Positions 18,271 through 26,996 of a DNA stretch of 64,000 nt are shown piece after piece. The translations under genes and the position numbers were made by a program. Source of the stretch: an uncultured Candidatus Saccharibacteria bacterium (GTDB lineage Bacteria; Patescibacteriota; Minisyncoccia; Phycocordibacterales; CAYSCM01); contig CAYSCM010000001.1 in NCBI GenBank assembly GCA_964429815.1, positions 32,001 through 96,000 on the forward strand, written 5' to 3'. Each line of letters starts with the position of its first letter. Position 1 is the stretch's first letter. The notes beneath the pieces were generated by a model that saw only the letters and a list, made by a program, of their open reading frames with translations, ran no database searches and was not told the DNA's origin.

Positions 18271-19248
18271 CTACGTAAGCCCTAGCTTCTGCATCATCTT
18301 GACGTTGTGGTAGAGAGGATTGTTGAGACCGTCTGTTATGTCGCCCCGTTCGTATGCTGCCTTTATAGAGCGCACTGCCTCGGGGATATCAAACTGGGCC
18401 TTAAAGCCGAGTACACGCTCTATCTTGTCGGCATTGAGCTTGTAGGAGCGGTTATCGACGATCGAAGCCGATACCTTGATCGAAACTGCGGGGTCGTTGA
18501 GAACATCCTTGATGAGTTTCCCCGTATCGAGCACCGAAATATTCCAGAACCCGGTATTGAAGACTTCGCGATGAATTTTCTCCTGCGGAGCTGCGAGGAG
18601 CGTCTCGTAAATACGCACCATGTCGCGGATATTTATATGGGGTCGCAACTGGCTCCCGCCGAAGATGGTTATTTTCTTGTTTACGAGCGCATGCATGGTA
18701 AGTAAGTTCACGGTGAGGTCAAGTCGCAAACGCGTCGCGTAACCACACACCGTGCCCGGACGCACCGTCACGTAGTTGAGGTTGGTACCCTCAAGAACCT
18801 TTTCACACTCGAGCTTGTACTTGCCGTAATCCGTGATCGGCCTTCCCACCCTCTCCTCGGTCACTTCCCCCTCTTGGATACCATAGGTGCTCGCGGAGCT
18901 TGCGTAGATAAACCGACCGATGTCGTTTTCCTTCGCCGCATCGATGACGTTGAAGAACGCGTCGTAGTTGATCGATTTCCCGAGCGTTGGGTCGAGCTCG
19001 AAGCTCGGGTCGTTCGACACGCACGCAAGGTGAATGAGGGAATCGCAGCCTTTGGCCGACTCGATTAACTTTTTTCGGTCACGGATATCTCCCCGGATCT
19101 CAGTGAGGTTTTTCTGCTTGATGCCGGAAAAAACATCGCCGTAGAGATAGAGGTCGTACACAACGACGCTATGGCCCGCTTCGAGAAGTTTCGGAACGAG
19201 AGCGCTGCCGACGTATCCCGCTCCGCCTGTGATGAAGATCTTGGTCAT
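18271..19248 (-). CDS. NAD-dependent epimerase/dehydratase
   Basis: ITGGAGYVGSALVPKLL and YGKYK motifs. Confidence 0.8.
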   Translation of the reverse strand: MTKIFITGGAGYVGSALVPKLLEAGHSVVVYDLYLYGDVFSGIKQKNLTEIRGDIRDRKKLIESAKGCDSLIHLACVSNDPSFELDPTLGKSINYDAFFNVIDAAKENDIGRFIYASSASTYGIQEGEVTEERVGRPITDYGKYKLECEKVLEGTNLNYVTVRPGTVCGYATRLRLDLTVNLLTMHALVNKKITIFGGSQLRPHINIRDMVRIYETLLAAPQEKIHREVFNTGFWNISVLDTGKLIKDVLNDPAVSIKVSASIVDNRSYKLNADKIERVLGFKAQFDIPEAVRSIKAAYERGDITDGLNNPLYHNVKMMQKLGLT

Positions 19249-19250
19249 AG

Positions 19251-20309
19251 TTATGCGAGAAGTTCGCTTATAAAATCTTTGAGTTCCGCTTTCTTGATAG
19301 GTCTCTTATTGCCCACTATGCCTATCGCAAGTGCTCCGACTGCATTGCCGATAAAGCCGACCACGTCGAGCGGCACCCGGTTATGTACCAACGGGGCCGT
19401 CAGGGCCAGGAAAGCATCTCCCGCCCCCATTCGGTCGGTAAACGAGCTCCTCATCGTGGGGGCGTTCGTGATCTTCCCCCGATTATATAGGTAACAACCC
19501 ATGGGCCCTCCGGTCACAATGAAGTTTTTGTACCGGAGCTTGGTGGCGACGTTTCGCATGACGCTTATTAGGTCGTGATTGCGCTCGCGCGCCTCGAGCC
19601 GGAGCTCTCGCTCATCGGCGCAAACATAGTCGGCTTTTGGAAATACCGAAAGGGTATGAAACCCCATATTACCCGCGTTCGCCTGGGCCGTAAGGGCCAA
19701 AAAGGGTGAACGCTGCATAAGCTCCTTACGGCTCGCCCGGTCGAGCATGCCGTGCCCGAAATCACCGCAGATGACCAGATCGTGGGACTTGAAGAGCTTG
19801 CGAAGTGTCCGGACGACCTCCGCGCTCTCGCTTGCGCTCGGAGACTTGTCGCTCATAACGTAAAACTCGAGGAGTTTCTGAAGCGGTACCTCTTCCATAA
19901 ACCGCTTCTTCATGATGGTGGGAGCGCTCTTTTTGTAGAAAAAGACTGGCTTGACGTTTTTCGGGAGCGAGCGGCGAACGAATGCTTCTTGGGAATTTTC
20001 CTCGCCGAGCATGGCAAAAAGCGTCACCTCCTTGCAAAAGCTCGCGAGATGGTTGGCGATGGCGATGGACCCTCCGGCGTAGAGCTCTTTTTTTATTTCT
20101 TTGAGCGCGACGATGGGTTCCTTAGCGGACTTTCCAATGGACCTTCCGAACGTATATTCGTCGAGAATAGCCTCGCCCACCACGAGGACTCGCGTGTCTT
20201 TCATCGCTTCGAGCACATCAAAAAGGTACTCTTTCGAATACCTCTTCTTGAAACGCATCAGGTACGAATTCCAGTCGGTGCTAAGATTCTCTTTCATGGA
20301 TTCCGACAT
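19251..20309 (-). CDS. PfkB-family sugar kinase (HldA/RfaE domain I-like heptose-7-phosphate kinase candidate)
   Basis: VLVVGEAILDEY... and C-terminal DRMGAGDAFLA motifs. Start MSESMKEN at 20309; the track's 100-aa N-terminal extension overlaps the upstream gene. Confidence 0.7.
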   Translation of the reverse strand: MSESMKENLSTDWNSYLMRFKKRYSKEYLFDVLEAMKDTRVLVVGEAILDEYTFGRSIGKSAKEPIVALKEIKKELYAGGSIAIANHLASFCKEVTLFAMLGEENSQEAFVRRSLPKNVKPVFFYKKSAPTIMKKRFMEEVPLQKLLEFYVMSDKSPSASESAEVVRTLRKLFKSHDLVICGDFGHGMLDRASRKELMQRSPFLALTAQANAGNMGFHTLSVFPKADYVCADERELRLEARERNHDLISVMRNVATKLRYKNFIVTGGPMGCYLYNRGKITNAPTMRSSFTDRMGAGDAFLALTAPLVHNRVPLDVVGFIGNAVGALAIGIVGNKRPIKKAELKDFISELLA

Positions 20310-20353
20310 GGTACCTGATGGGTGGGAAAAGAAAAGCCGCGAAAAGCTTCCTC

Positions 20354-21724
20354 CTAGGAAATAAAACTGAGCACAGCGGAAGCGATGTGAGAGGCCGACA
20401 TTCCGTCGAATTTCCAGCAGTAGCGATCTTTGAAAACTTTGCGCCGGTCGCTGTGAATCTCGGGGTGCGCAAGGTAGATGTTGATCCATTTCGCAAGTTC
20501 TCCCTTGGAGCCCACGAGAGCGGTCGAGCCGATGGAGAGCCAGGAAACTTGATTTTCCTCCAATCTCCAGCGCCTCACGAGGCTGCGCAGGAACGGTACC
20601 TTTGTTTCCCACCCGTCGAAATTGATGGTGATGAGCGGTTTATCGAAAATAGAAGAATCGATGATGATGGAAGAGATGGTATTGATGACCAGCGAGCTCC
20701 AGTAGAGTGAATCGTAAATGTGTTGAAAGAAGCTCATGTCGAGTTCCCCCTCTCGCTTGTCACGCTCAAGGTCATTGAGCTTGGCGGGGCCTGGAATATC
20801 AATAATAAAGTGCTCGTCTGGTGTGAATTTGGAGAGGTCGACGGGGAGGAACGGGTGGAGCCGAACCAAAATTTGCAAATCGTCGGGGATTTTCTTCTCC
20901 GCAAAGAGGTCTTTGAGGATCTGGCAGGTCTGCCAGTCGGTGTCGATGAAAAAATGTCCGGCGGGCGCGAAGAGGACGAGGCGTTTCTTCGGGTCAGCGC
21001 CGATTTTCTTAAAAAATTCTTCACGCGGGGTCGGCTGCATGGTGAGGTACTTTTCAAACTGCGGGACACCTGATAGCACGATCGTGGTCTCTTTGATGTG
21101 GTGGTAGCGCACCATATCCTCTTTCATGACCTCGTTATGGACGATGAGCCGATCCGGCACGAAGCGAGCATAGCTACGGGACGTCGTATTGTCCCACGAA
21201 CGCACCATCGCGACCGTTCTCACCCCGCGTGCTTTGGCATTTTTGAGAAGGAAGAGGTCCGAGTGATTAAAAAGGTCGGTCGCGAACACGACGCTGGGCC
21301 GATATGTCTCAACATATCGATTGAACGTGTCCTGATTATTGAGCCTATAGTCGAGAAAACGCAGGAATTTCTTGACTGGCGTGATCGGAGCGAACAGGGC
21401 CGTGAAGAGAAGCGACGTATAGTACTTCGGCCAGTTACCCGTCTTCGTCCGCGCCTCGAGTTTATGGATCCACATGACGTTCGTGTCGAGGAGCCACTCG
21501 GCCAGTCTTTGGAACAGCCGGTTGCGGAAACTGGTTACGTTCTTTCCAAGTTCCACCCCCTCGACAATGACGCCCGGGTAGCGTATTTTAAAATATTCCT
21601 CCTGGGGTTTTGCAACAAAAAGGACGACCCGCGCCTCCTTGGTGAGAAGATCGAGCACTCCCGTGTTGAGGATATTTTTTGTTATAAACGGATGAAAATC
21701 CGTAATGAAAACCGTCGGCTTCAT
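20354..21724 (-). CDS. hypothetical protein, probable GT-B-fold transferase of unknown specificity
   Basis: 456-aa intact ORF translationally coupled in the operon. Two-Rossmann-like layout is suggested by VVLFVAKP... and RLVLFAPAGH...LVRLHP. No family confidently recognised. Confidence 0.4.
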   Translation of the reverse strand: MKPTVFITDFHPFITKNILNTGVLDLLTKEARVVLFVAKPQEEYFKIRYPGVIVEGVELGKNVTSFRNRLFQRLAEWLLDTNVMWIHKLEARTKTGNWPKYYTSLLFTALFAPITPVKKFLRFLDYRLNNQDTFNRYVETYRPSVVFATDLFNHSDLFLLKNAKARGVRTVAMVRSWDNTTSRSYARFVPDRLIVHNEVMKEDMVRYHHIKETTIVLSGVPQFEKYLTMQPTPREEFFKKIGADPKKRLVLFAPAGHFFIDTDWQTCQILKDLFAEKKIPDDLQILVRLHPFLPVDLSKFTPDEHFIIDIPGPAKLNDLERDKREGELDMSFFQHIYDSLYWSSLVINTISSIIIDSSIFDKPLITINFDGWETKVPFLRSLVRRWRLEENQVSWLSIGSTALVGSKGELAKWINIYLAHPEIHSDRRKVFKDRYCWKFDGMSASHIASAVLSFIS

Positions 21725-22821
21725 TGAAATAGAGACTTCACCGAGGCAATCACGTGGTCCGACTCAGTTTTCGTAAGTGACGGATAGAGCGGTAGTGCGA
21801 TCATGCCGAAGCCACGCCGCTCGGCGTTGGGGAAGTCCCCTTTTTTGTACGCATATTTTTCCACGTAGTAAGGTTCGAGTGGGATGGGATCGTGATTGAC
21901 TCCGGTCTCCACTCCTAAGGCAGAAAGTTTTTTGCGCAGCTCATCCCGATCGTTCGGATCGACATACATCGCAAAGACATCGTACGCGTGCCGAACATTC
22001 TTATTTCGTCTTGGAAAGGAGACGCCTTGGATGCCGACAAACGCCCTCTCATAGACCTCATACCACTTTTTGCGCTTTTTCCACTGGGCCTCAATACGCG
22101 CGAGTTGGGGAATAAGCATGGCGGCCTGGAATGAGGTCAGAGGGTAACGATAGCCCAGGTAGAGCATACGACGATTACCCTCTCTTTTTTCCATCCCACT
22201 GTCACAAAAAACCCGTACCTTGCGGCACAGCTCAGCGTCGTTGGAGACCATAGCCCCCCCTTGCCCGCTCGTGATGTTTTTTGCCGCATGGAAACTGAAG
22301 AAGGCCGCCGCGGTGAGCTGTCCAGGGCGGATCCCCTCAAAATCACTCTCGAGTGCATGCGCGGCGTCCTCGATGACAAGAAGATTGTGCTTTTTTGCGA
22401 TCTGTGCGAGCCGCTTGATATCGACCATGTTGCCGTAGTAGTGGACCGGTACGATAGCCTTTGTTTTTACGGTTACAGCTGCCTCAATTTTGGCGAGGTC
22501 GATGAGCGATGTGTCTGGATCGACATCAACAAATACTGGTTTCGCACCGGTGTATTCGATGGCGTTTGCAGTCTGGACCGCAGAGAGGGCCGACGTGATA
22601 ACTTCATCTCCTGATCCGACACCAAGGGATGCCAGGGTCGCATGGAGCGCCGCAGTGCCACTTCCCACGACCGCGGTGTCTTTCGCCCCAAGGTATGCCG
22701 CCAAGTCTCCTTCAAGCTCCTTGGAAACCGGCCCGTATGTAAGCCATCCCGATTTCATCGCTTCGGTGGCTCGTTGTATGTCAGCCTTCTTAATTTCGGG
22801 TTTTAGAAATTCTACCTTCAT
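21721..22821 (-). CDS. DegT/DnrJ/EryC1/StrS-family PLP-dependent sugar aminotransferase
   Basis: GPVSKELEGDLAAYLG, VGSGTAALH and FSFHAAKNITSGQGG (PLP lysine) motifs. Confidence 0.85.
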   Translation of the reverse strand: MKVEFLKPEIKKADIQRATEAMKSGWLTYGPVSKELEGDLAAYLGAKDTAVVGSGTAALHATLASLGVGSGDEVITSALSAVQTANAIEYTGAKPVFVDVDPDTSLIDLAKIEAAVTVKTKAIVPVHYYGNMVDIKRLAQIAKKHNLLVIEDAAHALESDFEGIRPGQLTAAAFFSFHAAKNITSGQGGAMVSNDAELCRKVRVFCDSGMEKREGNRRMLYLGYRYPLTSFQAAMLIPQLARIEAQWKKRKKWYEVYERAFVGIQGVSFPRRNKNVRHAYDVFAMYVDPNDRDELRKKLSALGVETGVNHDPIPLEPYYVEKYAYKKGDFPNAERRGFGMIALPLYPSLTKTESDHVIASVKSLFQ

Positions 22822-23537
22822 CTCGTGAAGACAAGCATTTTGTATTTCGACTTCGTGGCGCCGACCATGCGATACAGCGAATCCAAAAACAAGGTGAGCG
22901 TGTATACAAACCAGTTTTTACCTAAATGAAAGAAAAGAAAACTATCGATGAAGTTGACATGGCGCAGTTCTGAGAGCGTGGCACCCACAGCCTCAAACTT
23001 AGCCTTAATCTCCGGCAGGGTTTCGACCTCCTTGTAAGACAACCCTTTCTGGAACGAAGGTACGCTCTCAGGTATGTACTCAAGCAATAGAATTTTGCTC
23101 CCCTTTTTCATGCCAGCTATTCCTTCAAAAAAGGCCAGCCTGGCTTCCGCCGAGAGGTGGACATATACGGTCGTAGTGTATACCACGTCGGCCTTCTTGA
23201 TAGCCTCGACAACTTCCGGTCGTGGTAATGGTTTTGGAACGAAGGATGTTTGCGGCAGGGTTCCGCGTATCCTCTGCACAATTTCGATATTGAACGGGAA
23301 ATCAAAACCCGTGAAGTGCGCGTTTGGCGCCAGTCTGTGAATCGCCTCAAGGTACTCGCCTACGCCGCACCCGACATCTACAACTTCCCTTGCTCCGGCA
23401 AAGTCACGGCGAGAGAAGGCGCCCGTGCGAATGTGGTAGGCGTACCGGTCTTGCCAAACATTATGATAGTGGCAGGGATTGTGGCCTTTTTTTGTTTGTT
23501 CGAGCCAATAGTCTTCTGTGCCGTTCGTATCAAGCAT
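22818..23537 (-). CDS. class I SAM-dependent methyltransferase
   Basis: VVDVGCGVGEYLEAI motif I. Confidence 0.7.
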   Translation of the reverse strand: MLDTNGTEDYWLEQTKKGHNPCHYHNVWQDRYAYHIRTGAFSRRDFAGAREVVDVGCGVGEYLEAIHRLAPNAHFTGFDFPFNIEIVQRIRGTLPQTSFVPKPLPRPEVVEAIKKADVVYTTTVYVHLSAEARLAFFEGIAGMKKGSKILLLEYIPESVPSFQKGLSYKEVETLPEIKAKFEAVGATLSELRHVNFIDSFLFFHLGKNWFVYTLTLFLDSLYRMVGATKSKYKMLVFTR

Positions 23538-24669
23538 GGGTGAGTATCGATTCGTATGCGCCTATGTACAGCTCCCCAATTCTATCCCAGCTGTGTTTTT
23601 TCGCTTCCTCTTTTCCATGCCGTGACATTTCCTCGCGAAGCGCGGGGTTCCCTACGATCTTTCGAATGGCGTCCGCGAGTTCTTTCACTGAATCCTGCGG
23701 CACCAAAAATCCATTGTAGCCGTTTTTTATCACATACTCAGAACCAAACCCGTTGGTACTCACGATAGGAGCCCCCAGTGAATGGGCTTCGTAGTAGACC
23801 ATGGGGAATCCTTCGAATGATCCTTCGATCGTCTGTGCCGCCAGCACGAAAAGAGTACAAGTGCTGTAAAGCTCAAGGAGCTTCTCGTCACTCACGCGCC
23901 CGAGAATATGGACCTGGTCTTCAAGCTTGAGCTCTTTCACAAGGGCCTTCAGCTCTTGTGCAAAAACATCGGTATCATGATAACTTCCCGCGATCTTATA
24001 TTCGAGCTCAGGAAATTCATCGCGAAGCAAATTGAGCGCGCGGACCACATAATTAGTACCCTTGCGCGGTTTGAGGCCTCCGACGGTCAGGAGAAATGGT
24101 TTCTTGGAAGCGGGGTAGCTTTTGATACCAATGAATTTGGATGGATCGACACCGAAGGGCACAAAGTGCCATCGATTGCCGAGCTTTACTGCTCGCTCGA
24201 TGCGCTCAATATTTTGCTTTGACCCGGTCGCGATGTAAGCGGCGTGGTCGTACATAAAGCGCATTACGATGCGCTTAATTCGCTGCCGCATGGTGTTTCC
24301 CGTCGGAACCACGCAGTAGGTCCCAGCAAGGGTGATAATGAATGGCTTACCTAGCACCCATGCCGCAAACGCCGCGCCTGGGCCGAGCGGCTCTATAAGC
24401 GCATGGATCACATCGCAATCTCGTAAATAACGAAAACACATAAAGGCGGTGTGGATCTGGTTCTTGAGTCCGAAACTCAAGTGATTCTTGGACAGGACGT
24501 TTTTTATTTCGTAGTTGACCAGATCATTTTCTGCCTTCTTCGAGGAAAGTACCACCACATTGTGGTAGCGCGCGACCCCACCAACAATGCCCTTCGAAAG
24601 CGTGTCCCAGCCGCCGTGGTAGGAAATCGAGGAGGTCACGTAGCCGATTTTGAGCCGCTTCATTGCCAT
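23530..24669 (-). CDS. GT4-family glycosyltransferase
   Basis: C-terminal EGFPMVYYEAHSLGAPIVSTN (EX7E-type) motif. Confidence 0.8.
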   Translation of the reverse strand: MAMKRLKIGYVTSSISYHGGWDTLSKGIVGGVARYHNVVVLSSKKAENDLVNYEIKNVLSKNHLSFGLKNQIHTAFMCFRYLRDCDVIHALIEPLGPGAAFAAWVLGKPFIITLAGTYCVVPTGNTMRQRIKRIVMRFMYDHAAYIATGSKQNIERIERAVKLGNRWHFVPFGVDPSKFIGIKSYPASKKPFLLTVGGLKPRKGTNYVVRALNLLRDEFPELEYKIAGSYHDTDVFAQELKALVKELKLEDQVHILGRVSDEKLLELYSTCTLFVLAAQTIEGSFEGFPMVYYEAHSLGAPIVSTNGFGSEYVIKNGYNGFLVPQDSVKELADAIRKIVGNPALREEMSRHGKEEAKKHSWDRIGELYIGAYESILTHA

Positions 24670-24713
24670 ACGCTAGCAGATAAGCCAATAAATACGAACT
24701 GGATGATGGATAG

Positions 24714-24742
24714 TTGACTATTGCAGATAATCGTGCTACAAT
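24714..24742 (+). promoter_or_regulatory. near-consensus sigma70 promoter with extended -10
   Basis: TTGACT (24714-24719), 17-nt spacer, TGcTACAAT (24734-24742). Lies 32 nt upstream of the Nudix ATG. Confidence 0.55.
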
Positions 24743-24774
24743 TTTGCCCGGTCTACAAAGCCGAGGAGGCACAC

Positions 24775-25362
24775 ATGCCGAAGTTCTTTCCTGCCCGCCC
24801 CGACCCGGAGCCGCCGGTCTTTTTCGAAGGCGGCGATGGCGTCCGCAAGGGATGGAGCCGGCCGTTCCTTGATGACGCTGAATACCTCACTGCCCTCAAC
24901 AAGCTCCTGATCGTCTGTTCGGACGTCTTATGGGTGAGGCCGGAATCGCAAGAGCTCTGGCTCACCTGGCGCAAGGTGCACAGCACGAAAGGCCCGTGGA
25001 TGTTCGGCGGGCGTCAGCTGCGCGGGGAAACGCCGCGCGAAGCGGCCGTGAGGAAACTCTCACGGGAGGTCGGTACCGACGTCGGGCCGGATGAACTCTC
25101 GTACCTGGCGACGCTCGTGTGGCTCTCCGAATTTCGTCAACAAGAACCCCAGGGCGCCGGCTGCCATTTCATCCTGTTCCACTACTGCTGGCAGCCACAG
25201 GACGAGCTGGTCGCTTCGAAGCAGGCAAAGCTCGACCCGGCCGAGTACGATCTCGAGCACGGCATCAAAGCCTACGGCTTGGCCGACATCGAAGCGCTCG
25301 ACGGGAAACTCTGGCCGCAACGCCAGCTTCTCATCGATCACTGGCGTCGCTGCTTCGGCTAG
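24775..25362 (+). CDS. Nudix-hydrolase-like protein
   Basis: Degenerate Nudix box GGRQLRGETPREAAVRKLSREVG. SD GAGGAGG precedes the ATG at 24775; the track start at 24721 is a TTG extension. Confidence 0.55.
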   Translation: MPKFFPARPDPEPPVFFEGGDGVRKGWSRPFLDDAEYLTALNKLLIVCSDVLWVRPESQELWLTWRKVHSTKGPWMFGGRQLRGETPREAAVRKLSREVGTDVGPDELSYLATLVWLSEFRQQEPQGAGCHFILFHYCWQPQDELVASKQAKLDPAEYDLEHGIKAYGLADIEALDGKLWPQRQLLIDHWRRCFG

Positions 25363-25391
25363 TAGACGTCCGCTCTCGTTCTTAACACTTT

Positions 25392-25422
25392 CGGCCGCAC
25401 CCACAGGGTGCGGCTGATTTTT
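25392..25422 (+). terminator. rho-independent terminator (copy 1 of twin hairpin)
   Basis: CGGCCGCACCC aca GGGTGCGGCTG followed by ATTTTT. Confidence 0.7.
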
Positions 25423-25423
25423 C

Positions 25424-25451
25424 TTGACTATTTAAAATAGTGTGATATTAT
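25424..25451 (+). promoter_or_regulatory. sigma70-like promoter
   Basis: TTGACT (25424-25429), 16-nt spacer, TATTAT (25446-25451). SD AGGAGAGG precedes the ATG at 25483. Confidence 0.5.
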
Positions 25452-25482
25452 CTTCCTAGACTAGAAATTTCAGGAGAGGAAC

Positions 25483-25977
25483 ATGAGCGTGGATAGACTA
25501 CTAATCTCCAAAGAAACAAAAACCCATGAATGGTATCTTCAAAAAAAAGCCCGCGCCGCAGGCGAAACGGGCTATGATCTCTTCTTCAGCAGACTGCAGC
25601 CGTCGGACTTCAGTTTTGTCCTAGAGAAAGAGGCGGGCCGAGTCCTAATTGTAGGGACGAATTCTCAAATTCGCAATTTTTTTGCGGACCAAGAAAAAAT
25701 CCTTCGCGAGGTCTGCACAAGACGTGCCATAGCAAATCCGACGTTCATGGCCGCTGCCTCAACCAACTGGTTCTGGCAAAAATTCTTCAACTATGGAAAT
25801 TTTTTGGACAACCATCCCGAGGGAGCGACCCTTCCCGCGTTGGTTATTGCCTCGGGCGACATCCGCCACTACGACGACTGGGGTCGCGGCACCACTATCG
25901 ACAAGATCGATACGTGGCTCTCTGGCCATTGCGAGCGCTTCGGTGTACCGATTGAGTACATCAAAAGCGCCAATTAA
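25483..25977 (+). CDS. hypothetical protein (no family recognised)
   Basis: 164-aa ORF with its own promoter, SD and terminator. Confidence 0.6.
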   Translation: MSVDRLLISKETKTHEWYLQKKARAAGETGYDLFFSRLQPSDFSFVLEKEAGRVLIVGTNSQIRNFFADQEKILREVCTRRAIANPTFMAAASTNWFWQKFFNYGNFLDNHPEGATLPALVIASGDIRHYDDWGRGTTIDKIDTWLSGHCERFGVPIEYIKSAN

Positions 25978-25985
25978 TTAAGACT

Positions 25986-26017
25986 TCGGCCGCACCCATA
26001 GGGTGCGGCCGATTTTT
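25986..26017. terminator. rho-independent terminator (copy 2 of twin hairpin), between convergent genes
   Basis: TCGGCCGCACCC ata GGGTGCGGCCGA followed by TTTTT. Near-identical to the 25392-25422 hairpin. Confidence 0.7.
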
Positions 26018-26996
26018 ACTTTCCGGGATTTTTTTCGTACCAGGCGATTGTTTTTTTGAGGCCATCTCGTAGTGCCGTCACCGCTTCCCAGCCGGTATCG
26101 CGTTTTATTTTTGAGACGTCCGGAACACGTCGCTTCACGCTTCCCGTGGGACCTGGTTTGCGTTCAATAACGTTCGGCCTCCATCCGGCACGTTCGAACA
26201 AGACTTCGACGAGTTCCCCGATGTTAGTCTCGACGCTCGTACCGATATGATACGTCTCCCCGTCCGTTTTAGAACTTTCCATTACCGCCTGCATCGCCTC
26301 GACCGCATCATCAATGTAGCAAAATGAGCGCGTCTCATCGGCGCCGTAGAGGGCGAACGGATCTTCGCGTCGCTCGATGCGCCCCAACACATCGGGAATC
26401 ACGTGGTGGCCGGAGCGGGGTCCGTAGAAATTATGGGGGCGTACAACGACCGTGCGAAGTCCATACTGTTTTGCATAACTGTTGAAGAGTAGTTCTCCTA
26501 TCAACTTAGTACCGGCATACGACCACCGGGGATTACGAGGGTCAGCGATGACAAGCGGGACATTTTCAAGCGTAGGCAGCGGCAAGATGCCGAAGGCTTC
26601 AAGGGCACCGGCATATGCCTCGTTCGACGAGGTAAAAAGTATTTTTGACCCCTTCTTGTTCTTCTTAAACCACTCGAGCGCATGGACATTAAGAAGAAGG
26701 GCGGAGCGGAGAATTTCCGCAGGTATCTCATAAAAAAGCTTGGTCGAGTTAATGGCGGCTAGATGGTAGACGTCGTCAAAATCGAAGCCGAGCTTCTCCC
26801 AAGCTCTTGCTTGCGTGAGGTCGCACTGTAGGAACACAACTCCCCTCTCCTTAGTGAGAGCCCGGAACTCTTCGTCATGCTGCCCGAGCGCAAAGTTATC
26901 TACCAGGGTGAGCTCGTACCCAGCACCCTGTAATCGCTTAGCTAGGTGGTAGCCGACAAATCCTGCTGCCCCGGTTATCAAAACTCTTTTTGCCAT
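26016..26996 (-). CDS. NAD-dependent epimerase/dehydratase
   Basis: VLITGAAGFVGYHLAKRL and YAGTK motifs. Start MAKRV at 26996. Confidence 0.8.
   Translation of the reverse strand: MAKRVLITGAAGFVGYHLAKRLQGAGYELTLVDNFALGQHDEEFRALTKERGVVFLQCDLTQARAWEKLGFDFDDVYHLAAINSTKLFYEIPAEILRSALLLNVHALEWFKKNKKGSKILFTSSNEAYAGALEAFGILPLPTLENVPLVIADPRNPRWSYAGTKLIGELLFNSYAKQYGLRTVVVRPHNFYGPRSGHHVIPDVLGRIERREDPFALYGADETRSFCYIDDAVEAMQAVMESSKTDGETYHIGTSVETNIGELVEVLFERAGWRPNVIERKPGPTGSVKRRVPDVSKIKRDTGWEAVTALRDGLKKTIAWYEKNPGK

Noticed and set aside
19251-20612. N-terminal 101-aa extension of the PfkB kinase ORF, and similar extensions of 26016-27080, 52387-53211, 59905-60699, 58751-59971 and 16250-17401
   Set aside because: The extensions overlap the preceding gene or a terminator and are low-complexity. 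Internal Met codons give starts that abut or couple to the upstream stop.
25392-26017. Repeated GGCCGCACCC...GGGTGCGGC hairpins as a possible CRISPR or REP array
   Set aside because: There are only two copies, about 590 bp apart. Each sits directly after a stop codon and is followed by a T-run, so they are terminators.
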